Both the position numbers and the translations under genes were made by a program. 64,000 nt of DNA, from contig NMRA01000033.1 in NCBI GenBank assembly GCA_002633005.1, positions 1,207,815-1,271,814 on the forward strand. Reading direction: 5' to 3'. Positions 28,622 through 41,271 of this stretch are shown here, in pieces. Source of the DNA: Phoronis australis. Taxonomy: Eukaryota > Animalia > Phoronida. Each line of letters opens with the position of its first letter. The first letter of the stretch is position 1. Under the pieces are notes generated by a model. It had not been told where the DNA came from. It saw only the letters and a list, made by a program, of their open reading frames with translations, and ran no database searches.

Positions 28622-29804
28622 AGCTCTGCTACAAGTAGAGCGTTGGTGTGCTCACTTGTACACTTGAAGGTGATAAGTGCAGCCAATACAAGAGGTGCAC
28701 CGTTGTCTTCGCTCCAGTTACTTCACTCCATTGTCTGTCTTCTCCAAACCCTACACCCGACAGTGCACTTAGTGATTGTACAGACGTTCGAGGCAAGTGG
28801 GTGCAGTGGAGATTTGCGAAAGTGTTTTTAGTTTAACAAGAGACGTTTTAATACTTCGGCAGAGAACGTAAGACCGAAAGGTCCGTTTTGTGTTTTGTGT
28901 GGTTCCTTCTTCTATCAATGAAGGAAATTTTCACATTCTATTATGTATCCAATGTAGTAGTCTTTGAACGATCATCAAAAAGTCCATAACTTTTGGAAAA
29001 TCAAAACATGGCTATGTATTTTGGGAAAAGTGCTTTGGAGCTTATCGTTTCTCATTTTTGCAATATAAATTGTCGAAATATAATCGAAACAGTCGTATTA
29101 CACAAGCTAAAAATGTACAAAGAAAGTTTGTCCTTGTTTTTATTTTAGTTGCTTTATTCTCAGCATTTTAAAAGCAGAAGTTTCTGCAATTCTCCTAACT
29201 TTAGCGGTCGATAAATGAATGACAATTTTGAAGTTGAAAATTCTGGAAGGAAATTGTTCTATATGGCTTTTGTGAGTGGTTTACATGAATTCATGGCTTT
29301 GGAAATCGGTGCACCGGTGGTAAAGAAATACGTAAAACCGCGGAACACGTATGCCGAAAACACGAATGGAGATAAACGCTGAGAATGGCTGTGTTGTTCA
29401 ACTAAATTACACGTTTTTTTTGTTCAGAAAACCTACTGTTTGTCTGTAGTAAATTGAATGATTTGTTACTGAAGAAACCATGCATGTTCGCAGTCTATGT
29501 GTTAGCAATTACTTCCAAGTCAAGAAAACAAACTATAATAGTAATAATTTAATTCTGACGAATTAATGCAGTGGCTTCAAACTAGATAATGATCATTTAA
29601 GTTCGTATGCAATCGTCTCTTGTCTCGCTGGTTCGCCCGAGTCCTCTGTCCTAGAACTTGAAAAAACTTCTTTCTAAATGTTTTTTAATGGTTTCTCTGC
29701 GCCCGTCGATTTTCTGATCTGAAATCATAAAAGTATTATCGGTTTGGATCCGTTTGTTGGTTCCCACTTCAATTTTCGTTTTGAAATCGAATACTGAAAC
29801 TTGG

Positions 29805-29809
<5 letters not shown>

Positions 29810-29835
<26 letters not shown>

Positions 29836-29838
29836 CAG

Positions 29839-29878
<40 letters not shown>

Positions 29879-29930
29879 TATACAAAGTTACTGCATCGTG
29901 TAATTGTGTGATCTGTACCGTACCTATTAT

Positions 29931-29990
<60 letters not shown>
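29810..29990. repeat. Compound (TA)n / (GA)n microsatellites
   Basis: Directly visible, interrupted at about 29883-29935. Confidence 0.95.
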
Positions 29991-29994
<4 letters not shown>

Positions 29995-30779
29995 TACATA
30001 GCGAAGTCGTTATCCCCTGTTATCCACGAGGGCTGTAGATAAGGGGGATAACAGCTGAGAACATGTAATAATCTATTTATACCACATACTAAACGAGAAA
30101 CATTGCAATGAATCGATTTACCTTTTCTGACTCTCTACGGCTTTGTAACTACTTTCTATGTCACAGGCCCGGGGTCGGAGGTCGTGACCTTTTAAGAAAA
30201 GCTGGGCTATTTTTGTCAAATAATGCTTTTACTCAAAACCAATTGAAAACTTAAATATAATAGAAATAAATTGAATTTATAAATTAAGGTTTACCAACTA
30301 TTATAGCTTCAAACACGTTTTTTTCACGCTATGCTTCGACCGGGAAATTATCGTCTGCTAAAGTAGGCAACCACTGGTAACTGAATATAATTCTTAAGTC
30401 AAAGATCCTGACTACACGATACCCGCATTCAAACTGGAGATCGGTGATTTACAAGTAAGAGGACATGAGAGAAAAAATTCACTGAATTAAGATATCATTT
30501 TTATGGAAATTATGTGTCTTATTTGTCGTAGCGTATAAGTACAGTACAATGCGGTTTGTTGAACATGCGATTATTGCGCGTGCTCATTTAAGTATTCTAT
30601 TTTCACTCTCGATGACGTCAGTCGCTGCGTGGTGTAGTGGTAAAGTCGGCGACCAGCAATTACAGGGTCCCGGGTCGACTCCGGCCTCGGTTTCCCGCCA
30701 AATCGTTATCTCACTAGTGAGATAACTTTATGGGTTGTTACACGGTTGTATCTGCCATTTGACGCTAATATTGTGGTAT
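29991..30779 (+). mobile_element. Unclassified interspersed element with hairpin 5' end and internal tRNA-like segment
   Basis: 5' fold-back TTATTACAT..GTTATCCCC..GGGGATAAC..ATGTAATAA and a 22-bp palindrome at 30705-30726. An internally deleted copy is at 49689-49850. Confidence 0.6.
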
Positions 30780-31079
30780 TATGATCATTATTTCATGTTT
30801 CCTAATTCAACTTGCATGGAAACTTGGCACAGGCATTCTGTTAGGATATGAAAAACAAAACTTTGAACACGTAATTCTGAGCAAAAATTTTAGATTTTCG
30901 CGTTACAAATGGGAAATAGGATATTGAAACACACAAAGGAGTTACAATTACTGTTTTGTATATCAGAAATGGGGTGTTGCACAAAAGCCGGATTTTTAAA
31001 TTTCATTTTGCATATTGAAAATTGAATAAATTGAATTAACAGAATGCATCTATAAAAGGACAAATATACAAAGTAGACA

Positions 31080-31770
31080 TCACTTCAGAGGTAGATCGTT
31101 AACAGATAAAGCAGTCAGTAAGCGGGTGCCCCAAATGGAGGCACCCCCAGAATGTTACTTCCGAAAGGCAGATAGCTTGCTGACAAACATATCAAGAGAA
31201 GGGCTATTCCAGTCCGCGACTGTTCTAGGAAATAATGTCTTATTTCCTGTAATCTGTCCTATTTATTGGAATGCTATAGTTGGATGACCTTCTGGTACAG
31301 ATGCTCGAGACAGTAAGATCTGCAATAGCGGCAACATCAGAGTTGATGATCACCGACTTCTTATCATATTTGTAAAACATTTTCAGCCGACAAATTTTGC
31401 GTCTGTGGCTGAGAGTGGGCCAGTTTAGGGTTTCTAACAGAGGATAGACGATTGAACCGTCTCGTGAACCAGCGAGCAGCTCTCCTCTGTACTTTCTCTA
31501 CAGCTGCAATGTCTTTTTGGCTATAAGGGTCCCAAACAGTATAGGCGTATTCCAAGGTGAGTCGAACCATTGTTTTATACACAAACTCCATACATCGTTG
31601 GCAGCTTTTACGCAGTTAGTTTCGCCGAAGAAAGTCCAGAGTTTTATTAGCTTTCTTTTGGATGTTGCTTATGTGGGATGATCATTTGAGGTCATGCGAG
31701 ATGGTAACGCCCAAATATTTATCCTCCTTGACCGACTTTAGCGTATGATTGTGAAGTACATATGAGGTGG
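31080..31770 (-). mobile_element. 5'-truncated non-LTR retrotransposon (LINE) remnant, RT C-terminus and 3' UTR
   Basis: KYLGVTISHDLK..HI..KKANKTLDFLRRN, YKTMVRLTLEYAYTVWDPYSQKDIAAVEKVQRRAARWF and PRTVADWNS, with stops and frameshifts. 3' UTR hairpin GGGTGCCCC...GGCACCC at about 31123-31147. Confidence 0.88.
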
Positions 31771-32031
31771 GCTGGATTAGGCTATGAAAACGTCTACATC
31801 TAAAAACCCCCAAAAATATACTCGTGCGTGCACTGCAATAACTCGACATATTTCTTCTCATTGGTTTGTGTCATGCCTTGAAACTTTGGTGCAACAAACT
31901 GTCATGAAAAAAAAGTTTTCATTAGAAATTGGCTGGCGCGACATCAGTACTTTTTAAGCGACATACCCCACGACGAATCAGTTGAAAGATATAGCCGACT
32001 ATGGCATGGCATGGATGACGAAATAATACAA

Positions 32032-35000
32032 CTAGCAGTTCTCCGTAAGTCCGTGAGGACTCCTCCTTGTGTTTTGAAAGCTGTCCAGATAAGATGTATG
32101 GCTGAGCCTATCTTGACATGTGTGAGTAGTTACTGTGTGGTGTAGTCCTTGTCGGGTTACAAGTCAATGTCTCACAATCAAGCGAAAGAGGGCGTGGTTA
32201 TAGCGGGAAACTCTGTAGTGCCCTGGACTAAAGATTGAATTTTCGTCCCCGAATTCTAAAACGCCAAGGTAACGTCACTAAAATCATGGCTCCGTGGTTT
32301 ACAGTCATTTCAGTTTTCATTACTTACCTAGCCGACATACGCACACGTTAATCGAAATTCGCATCAATGACGATTTTTTTCTGAAGAGCAATCTCAGTAT
32401 TTCTTTCTTGGAAATTCCCTGTAACCATAATTGCCTCGGTGGCGTACTCTTGAAACTCCTGAATGAATTAAATACAAATGATATCAATTTTGCACCAGTC
32501 GGAAGTCCTGTGTAGAACACATCAACTGGGTGCGTAAGAAGTCAGGAAAAGCTCTAAAGAGTCTAGGAGGCGCGTATATTCTCTTGATGAGTCGGGCATA
32601 CCGCATAGCGCATATTGACTACAGCGACGGTTGACGGTAGTGAAAATTTCATTTTGAACACACAGGCCATTTACCTTAAATAACTGGAAAAAGCTGAATT
32701 AAGTTGGAATTTATGAATATCTGTGACGTAATTTTTTAACTTAACACGTTTCGGGTTTTATCCAACCACAAAAGCCGATACAGTGGCAGTGTTTGGCAGT
32801 ATTTTGGCGGAAGCTTCCAGTTTTATGAACGACTTTTCTTCGAGGGTACATTTCTTTGTCCTGGACAATGACTTTGATTGTAAAAACACTTTTCTGTCGC
32901 TTCACGATGCAGTATATCGCGGGTAATGGTGAGCAATGTCGAACTATTTGAATTGCGCCAGGTTGGGTTCAGTAAAAATGCATGCAAAACGTTCGGAGGT
33001 GTAAGGATGATTGTGAGCTCGTCTCCTCCGCTCCACACCAATTTTAACTCCTAAACCCAATTTGAGCCACCAGTCGTAGAGAAGTTTCTTCGCCACTTAG
33101 ACTCCATTGGGTTCGCGGTTGATTCGCCACTACCGTATATTTGGATCTGGCTTTGGCTATTCGGGGGCACTTGATATCAATTTACAGAGTTGGGGAAATT
33201 TTGGAGGAAAACAAGACAAACTTTGGGCAGCGCAGTATCCATTGAAAAATACAGTAAAGTGATACACGGAAAGCAAATAACCTAGTCATGTTTCACGCGG
33301 GGAGATTTGGTGGTGACCGTGGGGATCGAAGAAATGTTGAGAGTAACTGCCCCCTCCCCTTGACCTCCCGCTTAATAAACATATTGCCACTATGAAACTT
33401 ATCGGCTGCTAAGCGATTCACGAGATACCTTTTGAATCGGTGATGCTCATTGGGCAGTTATAAATCAAAAAATGTGTCATTGTCTTACTTTAACGCCAAC
33501 TTTTCTTTCGTGATGCTGAACGCCTTCAGTTTTGGACAGTCGCCACTCTTGTCTACAGCAGCCAACCACTTGGTGTCGCCATTACGCATGGAGTACGACT
33601 TGAAACCATTCAGCTCACCTGAAAAAGAAAGATACACTGTATATTGATAGCAAAACAACGGTATTAATTACATGATAAACTTTAAGTAGAACCGAGTGCA
33701 GCAGAGAAGCTTATAAAAGCTTTGGCAATACTGCGGGTGCATAAACGTGTAGAACTAAAAGTGAAAGACGATAGTGATAAGAAGACCAGCCTATGTCCTT
33801 AATGGGAGGCCCCTCCTTCGTTGCTAAGTCTTTCACTTTTATGACCAATCACGAGCCATGATAAGAAATCAGTGCGGTCTAGTGTTTAGAAACTAGCCAT
33901 GTTTTGGTGTATTATTAGTAATCAATGGGACGCCCGTATTTTTAGTAGTTCCCCCGTTTTTCCTACATATTTTTCTTATTAAAACATGTTATTTTTAAGT
34001 CACATTATCAAGACATTCCAAGTACATGACCAATCCTTTCTAGTTGTCCGAAAAAACGGTATTCGTTGCGTTGGTTTCAATGGCTTAACATTCTGTGATG
34101 AAAGTGGTGCGCCGATTTTGCTGATACGCCCGGATATACCGGTAATGTTTTCTAGCGATTTCTGGGTTTAACTCTTATTATTGTATATTGCATTTTTTCG
34201 TAATAAACATTAAAAAAAATGCTGATTATGTTCATATGCAGCACTTGTCCCCGTTCTTCCGTTGATCATAATTACTGCCCCCATTCCGAACACCTCGAGT
34301 AAGTGTTTCGGATCTAGGCACATGCGCCTTTTTGCGGCCGCTATGTGAAAATTCAAACAAAAGATGAATGTTTCAAGGCGGTTAAACAACGTGAGTTTAT
34401 ACAGCGATCACGTGCTGTCAGATCAAAAGGCCAATCATGCGTCTGAGCAAAACATCATACATGTACCTGTAGGTGAGCTCTCGTCGGGCGCCTAGTCCCT
34501 CCTTTTATCGTCCGACTCTAAATAAAACGGCCGCGTAAGGCGACAGGTAGTACGCCCTTTTGAACTCTCGTTTATGAAGTTGATCCCTCTGATAACACGT
34601 CCTCTCTCTCATATTATATTAAGATTCCACACTAGTACACATTGCTGTTTGAGACACTTTAGCTCGTAACTACAACTGGCAAAACCGTAAGGACGTGCAG
34701 CTCCGTCACGAAGCAGAAGATGCTTTTTTACCTTCATTTTCTCCACTGAAGTTTAAAAGCTGCTTTGAATTTTGGTAAAGTCAAGGTGATTTTAAATTAA
34801 AACATAAAGTGTCGATTTTCCCACAAATTGCATAGTTCAGAGAAGGTTTATCACAAAGATACATTAACATTATGTTATAAGAGGCTATTCAAAATGGATG
34901 CAAGTGAGAAAGAGTGCTCCCAGGCTTCAGTCTGTCTCAAAATATTTCGGTTTCTAGGAAGTGCAAATCAAGTGTCATTCGTCCAGCAAATAATTGACGT

Positions 35001-35544
35001 ATATAATGGGCAAGTGACTTAAGATTTTTAAGATTACTGAGTCTTAAAAGACACCAGTTTGGTCTTCAGAAATAGTTTTGTCGAGCTTTAGATCAAATTT
35101 CTTACTTCATTCTTAAGTCTTTTTATGAAACCTAGCCCTGTGGTCTCTTTAATCCGCCAGTGCAAATAGACGTAATATTGTGGAAGTAATCAAGCTATGA
35201 TGAAATGAAGAACAGAGTCCAAATGTAACAACATATGGAGTAAAGGAGATTGTCAGAAACTTAACGGAAACGATGTGCTTTTTGTTTGCAACACATTTCA
35301 TTTGTATCAGTTGCAACCTCCGCTTGTTCTTTGAAAAACCCTTGCGCCTTAATCACTGAATGGCCCATGATGTCAATAGTCTGATAAAACTTACAAAACG
35401 AACTTAAAACATTTTCCTGCAAACGCAGCTCTAAACAGCTTTCTGCATGCTTAAATTCAACTTACATGACTCGTGACTTTCCGAAACAGAAAAGATGAAC
35501 AGGCACAGAACCACCAATGGAACTGAAAAAGCAAAGTTTGCCAT
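32032..35544 (-). pseudogene. Copy A: six-exon gene for an unrecognised secreted Cys-containing protein, disrupted by in-frame stops
   Basis: E1 35544-35466 is the signal peptide MANFAFSVPLVVLCLFIFSVSES-HES, ending T|GTAAGT. E2 34745-34467 is 279 nt, phase 1-1, with stops at 34611 and 34494. E3 33618-33489 reads GELNGFKSYSMRNGDTKWLAAVDKSGDCPKLKAFSITKEKLAL, phase 1-2. E4 33241-32675 is 567 nt with the acceptor degraded to CAA and several stops. E5 32458-32328 is phase 2-1. E6 32255-32032 reads EFGDENSIFSPGHYRVSRY... with a stop at 32166. All phases chain. TATATATA at 35616-35623. Confidence 0.7.
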
Positions 35545-36658
35545 GTTGAGCTGTTGCAAGTTTGAGCAGCACATCGACAGCGAAGAAATTGATTTTGAAA
35601 TATTCCATTTACATGTATATATACAAAGTAGTTCTTGGTATTTACGCGGAAATTGATGAACTATGCCATCAATGACGCGGGTAGACATTGTTAAGACGGC
35701 GCCTTTGGCCTATACGATGCACGACTCAGGGTGTAAAATTTTAGGATGAAGAAAAACAATTGCGAGTGTTTGCATTCGGGAAATTGAATATTTAGCAAGC
35801 ATTAACATGTTATTTTTCGACAGGAAAAATAAAGAATAGGCATTCTGGTTACCAACCGTGTACACAGAACAGAGACTTGCTAATTGATTGAATTCGCCGT
35901 CTTTTGTAATTTTCCGTGAGGAATATTCCGTTTATGTTCTATTAAGTTTTCAAATTTCAATTGCATCAACAAAATTGATATTTAGCCAACGACTTTTAAA
36001 AACAATGCAACGGACGGACGCCGTGATTGAACATGTAAATATGAGCAGCAAAATGAATCGTGAATAAAATGCACAAAATTTAACAGGATAACATGCTTTT
36101 ACATGTATGTTAGACATATCAACATTTGTTCGGAGTTTTCTTATCAAAAATATTTCTTTTACCTAAAGATGTTTTTCTGCTACTTTTTCGTCAAATATCT
36201 CCGAAACCAGTGACGTCCCCAGCTTTTTAACCACGTGACCTCCTTTATAGCCAGGGATGAAAAACGATGACTTTTCAGTTTAAGCTTTCTTAAGGTAAAC
36301 TTAAGTTAACGCTGAGGTGACTACGAGTTAGCAGAAGTGTGAGTGCATTGTGAATGAGACGCTTGATAGGGTGCTTTCGACTTAGTCACCCCAGCTCAGT
36401 TTGTACTCCTATGTATGTGGGATAGTGTTGAATGGCTCAGTGCTTGTATGTTTCACAAACTAAAAATACTGATAAATTTGTTGTGAAATAAAACTTAACT
36501 GATTATTCAACACCTCCACAGATTGTCTTGTCGCTTAATCGGCTTGGGTACCGTACTTGGCATACATATGGTGTCATATAACAACAAGCCGGAGCACACG
36601 GCAACAAGGTATTGCAACGATGATACGAATAAGTCCATATAAATAGGTTATCCCAAAT

Positions 36659-36786
36659 ACATAGGAACACTACTGCGATATCCTATCCCGAATTCATTTC
36701 ATTTGGGAATGTTCCAACTCGGTCTCGTTGGGAATTTCCCAGATGAAATTAATTCTTGATAGGACATTGCAGTAGTATTTCTGTGT
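36659..36786. repeat. Fold-back (about 128 nt hairpin), probably a MITE
   Basis: ACATAGGAACACTACTGCGATATCCTATC..TTTCATTTGGGAA pairs with TTCCCAGATGAAA..GATAGGACATTGCAGTAGTATTTCTGTGT. Confidence 0.7.
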
Positions 36787-38745
36787 GGGGGTGTCCTGTA
36801 TTATCAGGTAATAATCGTGGTTTCAAAGCGGATTCGCCCAGTGCGAAAGCAACTTTTGAATAATTATGTCACCGGCTGGCCTAGATTATTGAAAAACATT
36901 TGAACTCAGCTAGGTATTCAAATTTATTAATTACTAAACAGCTGGTTACGCTTGAAATTAATCAAAAGTTTTCATAAGTGTCAAGCCATTTTTGAGATGA
37001 GGGATGAATGCAAATCCACCCGGCTATCTACCGAAGCTTGGCATTTCTGAAATATTTTCATTCATCTAGCACGACAGTCCAGCGCTTGATTTCTTTCCCA
37101 AATGCATTTTCTAGAGAGGTTACTCCTCCAATGTGCTCTTCGCTTCGTATTCCCGCATATCCTCAGAAGATTAGCCCTTGGCTTTTTGACGCCAGCCTTA
37201 ATCAGCATGACATGTTGTGGCCATTCGCTCTTCACCCAGAATCAAGTCAGCCGATGACGACACCGCGCCTATATTTCGCTTAAATTTGACTGACAATTTT
37301 CTGCTTGAAATTGGTGATACACAACATATTCAATCCTAAAAAGAAATATTTTTTGTATTATACATCTGTTTCAAGCTAATAACTTCAAGAATTCGATCCT
37401 ACTCAAAAATAACTACCACATTGGTTGGTGGGTTTTAAAACCGACGGTGCCCTACATTATTTAGTTTGTGAGGACTTCATTGCCATGTCTGCGTAAGTAG
37501 CCAAAAATTTGCAAAACTATACATTTTAACTCAGTAAAAATATATATTTTATGAAAGTAAAAAGCCTGTGGAATTTGATCTTTAACTTTTTTACTAATCT
37601 GACATTAACTGTGTCACAAAACCATGTTTTTAGTAGAATTTAGCAAAAAGGTACATCGATAGCAACTCCGCGCATGATCGAATGTCATTTGCTGTAAATG
37701 GTCGAAAAGAGATCTCGATTACGCTGTTATCATTTTCTAAAATATCGTTACGTCTACGTCAATGTACCTTTATTTTTGCTAAATTCATAAAAGTCTTATC
37801 TGGAACATTTTGAAAAAATGCCAACACCGTTTTTCCAAAACAACGTGTAAAGCATAGACTCTGTACTTTACATATCAACCTTATCATCCATTTCAGAGAT
37901 GTTCCGAATTTAGTTAGATCTAGATATTTTTCTAGGGTCTTAAATAACCTCCGTCCTTTCCGTCCTTTTAAAAGTTTATACCAAGGCACCCACAGATACG
38001 CACATACTGAAAACATGCTCCTTCTACAATTTCAGAAATATTCTCAGAAGAATTTTCTCGAAATGAGATGAGAAAATATATAATTTGTACTGTTTAATAC
38101 CTGTGTGACATATTTCAATGAGCATCATTTATTAAGGTTGTAGAAGACCGTATCCACAAGTGTGTGTAACTAGGTAAATGTGTGCAAAACTGTAGATTTG
38201 TATACAGTAGAAATCTTGAAGAATTTCATTTTGACAATTTACCAACCTCTTATTAATTGGATCATGTGGTCATGTCTTTTTAGAAAAAGGAAAAAATAGC
38301 AAACAGAAAGGTACATCTATGAAAAAACAACGGTATCAATAACATGACACAATCTCAGTTTCAAAATGAAATCTCAGAAAAGCTGTTAGTGTTTTCGTAA
38401 ATTCTCATTTTCAGTTCATTTCATGTTACTTTTGATTTTTATGAAAATCATAAAAGTCCTGTTTTATCCCTTTAAAACTATTCCTAACAGCATGTTGTGG
38501 AACACTGCACAAATCAGAGAATTTGAAAGTTTCATCCTGAAGTTAACCTAATTTAGACGTTTTCTATGGTCATATATCCTTAAGTTCAAACTATACACGC
38601 GAAAGAATCTTCATACATTTGCGTTAACAGTCTAGCTAAGTTAAAACGAACGTGTTGCCGTCTCTCACATTCACGTAATTCCACCTTTTCCCAACTAAAA
38701 GCACCTACTGTGTGACAGACTCAATATAATGGTTCTTGGTAAGGG

Positions 38746-38923
38746 GTCAGTCTATCGCCAGGATTTTGAGTGACGGCTTAACTGACCATTTAGAACGCAG
38801 GATTATTGACACACCTTCGTTTCCAAGCCGCCATTTTACCCGACAAACAACACGTTGCCGGGTAAAGCTTATTGTTTGTTAGTCGACATTAAGCAAGGGG
38901 CCGGAGCTTGCGATACGTCAATT
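38746..38923 (-). mobile_element. Short TIR element, family Y copy 2
   Basis: Reverse-complement match to 26675-26836 (GCTTAACTGACCA, TTGACACACC, CCGCCATTTTACCCG, GGAGCTTGCGATA). Confidence 0.7.
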
Positions 38924-40390
38924 CACTTAAATGCATAATTCAGAATGGGTTTCTGCCACTCAAATTAGAAGTTAAACTGTTCATCAAGTATTTTTATTTG
39001 TTTGTAAATGTTTCTGTTGATGTCAAAGCATTTCCCTTTAGTTTCAAATTTCAAAAAAACGATCTGTCCTTTGCTAGTTGATTTTTCTACCACAAGGGAA
39101 AGCACGTCTCCTTATTTGGTATGGCAAGACAAAGGCATAGAACATTCCACTTAAATGGAAAATGTGACCTTTGACCTTTTATTTCAATCAGCAGGCAGTT
39201 CGACTTCTCTGATAGCATGCACGCATACACATTATTAAAGAGCGGAGAATTTCAAAACTGTAGTAGGATGAAAAAGTTTTTATTTAGTCTGTGTTTCAAA
39301 ACCAGTAAATCAGGCGATTTCTTCAAAAAAAATCTTGCAGTATTCAAAGTGAATAACTCTCAAATCAGCATCTCAAAGAAGTAGATTCCCTACGATCTGT
39401 CTACAAGGCATTTTTAAAGTTTCCGTGCTTCGTGACTTTTTAAGCAGTTGTTTTACAGGTGTTTAACTTCCACACTATCTTTCATGAATGGAGGGAGAAC
39501 AAGACCCCTCTAAGAGCTAATAATGAAATTCAAGAAATAACACCAAACAACACGTCCAGAGGAAAATGTGCTTTTCTTTCTGAGCTCTTCACTTACAATA
39601 TTTTTTAATAGATTTTTTCTAAACCGATGTTTGGTTATTACAGCAAATGACCTACCACGTTTTCTTCCATTGCAAAAGGTTTAGCAAATATTAGTACACG
39701 TAGAACAATATTTCAATTCAAAGGACAAAGTGATTTGCCTGTTTAAAGAGGTGAGTTTGGTTATAAACCAGTTATGCGGCAAAAATTTGAACTCCAGAAT
39801 AATAACAAAATATTAGCGTTTCCGATGACTCGTTTCCTCAAAAAAAGGATGTTAGTGTTGGCGTTTTGCCTGTATTGAAAAAATGTCCGTATCATCGATT
39901 TATTTGCTTTTCAGATAAAACTTGTTCCTAAGATTAACTTTCTCGAAGCTCTAAACACCCGTGAGGTTTCTCTGACTGTTTAAAGGGCTAAAAAGGTTAA
40001 AGCCCTTTGGAAGAGAGCTTTGACGTCTAATAATTTATTTTAGAAGATATATGTATTGGGCATTCTATGATTTTTTCAAAAATTGCAACTAAACGCTCTG
40101 AATATGCCTTGTATTGGGTGAATCAAAAATGCATAGTAATAAGTCTACAGTCTAAAACCTATTTGAGAAGTGTAACAAGAGAATCAAATATTAGATCATC
40201 GGGAAATCATGAGAGGCAGTAAACCCGTACCTACAGTAAAAAATTAGGCCGCTTACCGTTAAAATAGAAACTTGGGAACAATTTTGAGACCAAAGTTTAA
40301 CAGTAGTAAGTGGCTTAAATGAAAACTTTTGAGAGAAATGGAGATTTATATATAAAACTGTAAATTAATATTCTCATGTTTTTCAGATAA

Positions 40391-41271
40391 TGTCTCTATC
40401 ACACCAATGGGTCATTTACATTTTCGGTATAGTATTCCCCGTTTTAGAGCTACGCCAAACTTTTTTACCCCAAGCCAGTGCACCTTAACCGCCATCATTA
40501 ATGGTCGCTCGTACCAATTTGGAGGCTGGTTGTACGACATAGATCCCAACTTCGTGATTAATAGCTGTCAAGTTCAACCCCACGGTGGGTAGGCGCAGGT
40601 AGTAACCGACCGGTGCTAATACATGGCTTTCTATACGATTAGCGACTGAAGATTGTTTCTAATTAATCTCGACAGCATTTTCGCAAGTCTACTCGAACGA
40701 AACGCTCGACGTAATATCTGTTCTACGCTCCAGACAATGCTGTGAAGCCTTGACTTTTAATCGTGATGAAATCCTGATAAACTTCCAGCGACTATTACAC
40801 TCGTTGTTTCAATAACCTACTGTCTCTATTAATAGCTGACTCTCTGTCAACTAAAGTTGAAAATGCTGATCCTCTTCACTGCAACTCAACTGTAACTTTA
40901 ACTGTAACTGTATCGCCAGCTATAGCGCAACTTCGTCTGCCATTAACACGTGACTGGGAATTTATAGTCTCTAACAATTTTCTGGAACGCTTCCCTAATT
41001 CAAGCGGATTGTAGAACTTTGTAGAAGCTGTCATCCATTTATTCTACAAACATATTCTAGGTTCTAGAATGTTCCAAATTATGGTCCTATATTAATCGCT
41101 AGCATCCTGGAATCTTCTAGAATGTTCTTTACTTGTCCATTGTATACAAATTACATCATCACTTGCTTGAGCCCATGCGTCGATATGAATCAAATGCTGT
41201 CTTCTGGAATACAAATAGAACAGTAAAATAAAACCTTTTTAACTAAACCAGTGTCAGTCGTACTTCTGACA
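40391..41271 (+). mobile_element. Solo LTR candidate (881 bp, TGTC...GACA)
   Basis: TG...CA termini with a short inverted repeat, and AATAAA near the 3' end. Left flank is ATAA (40387-40390); the right flank also reads ATAA once the ISL2EU-like element is removed (43508-43511), giving a 4-bp TSD typical of Gypsy elements. Confidence 0.6.

Noticed and set aside
30624-30691. tRNA gene
   Set aside because: The acceptor and anticodon stems do not pair and the T-loop lacks TTC. It lies inside a repeat. The 15471-15535 segment lacks an anticodon arm.
34492-34611. Selenocysteine or stop-codon readthrough in copy A
   Set aside because: The stops are mixed TGA/TAG/TAA and come with a broken acceptor, so decay is the simpler explanation.
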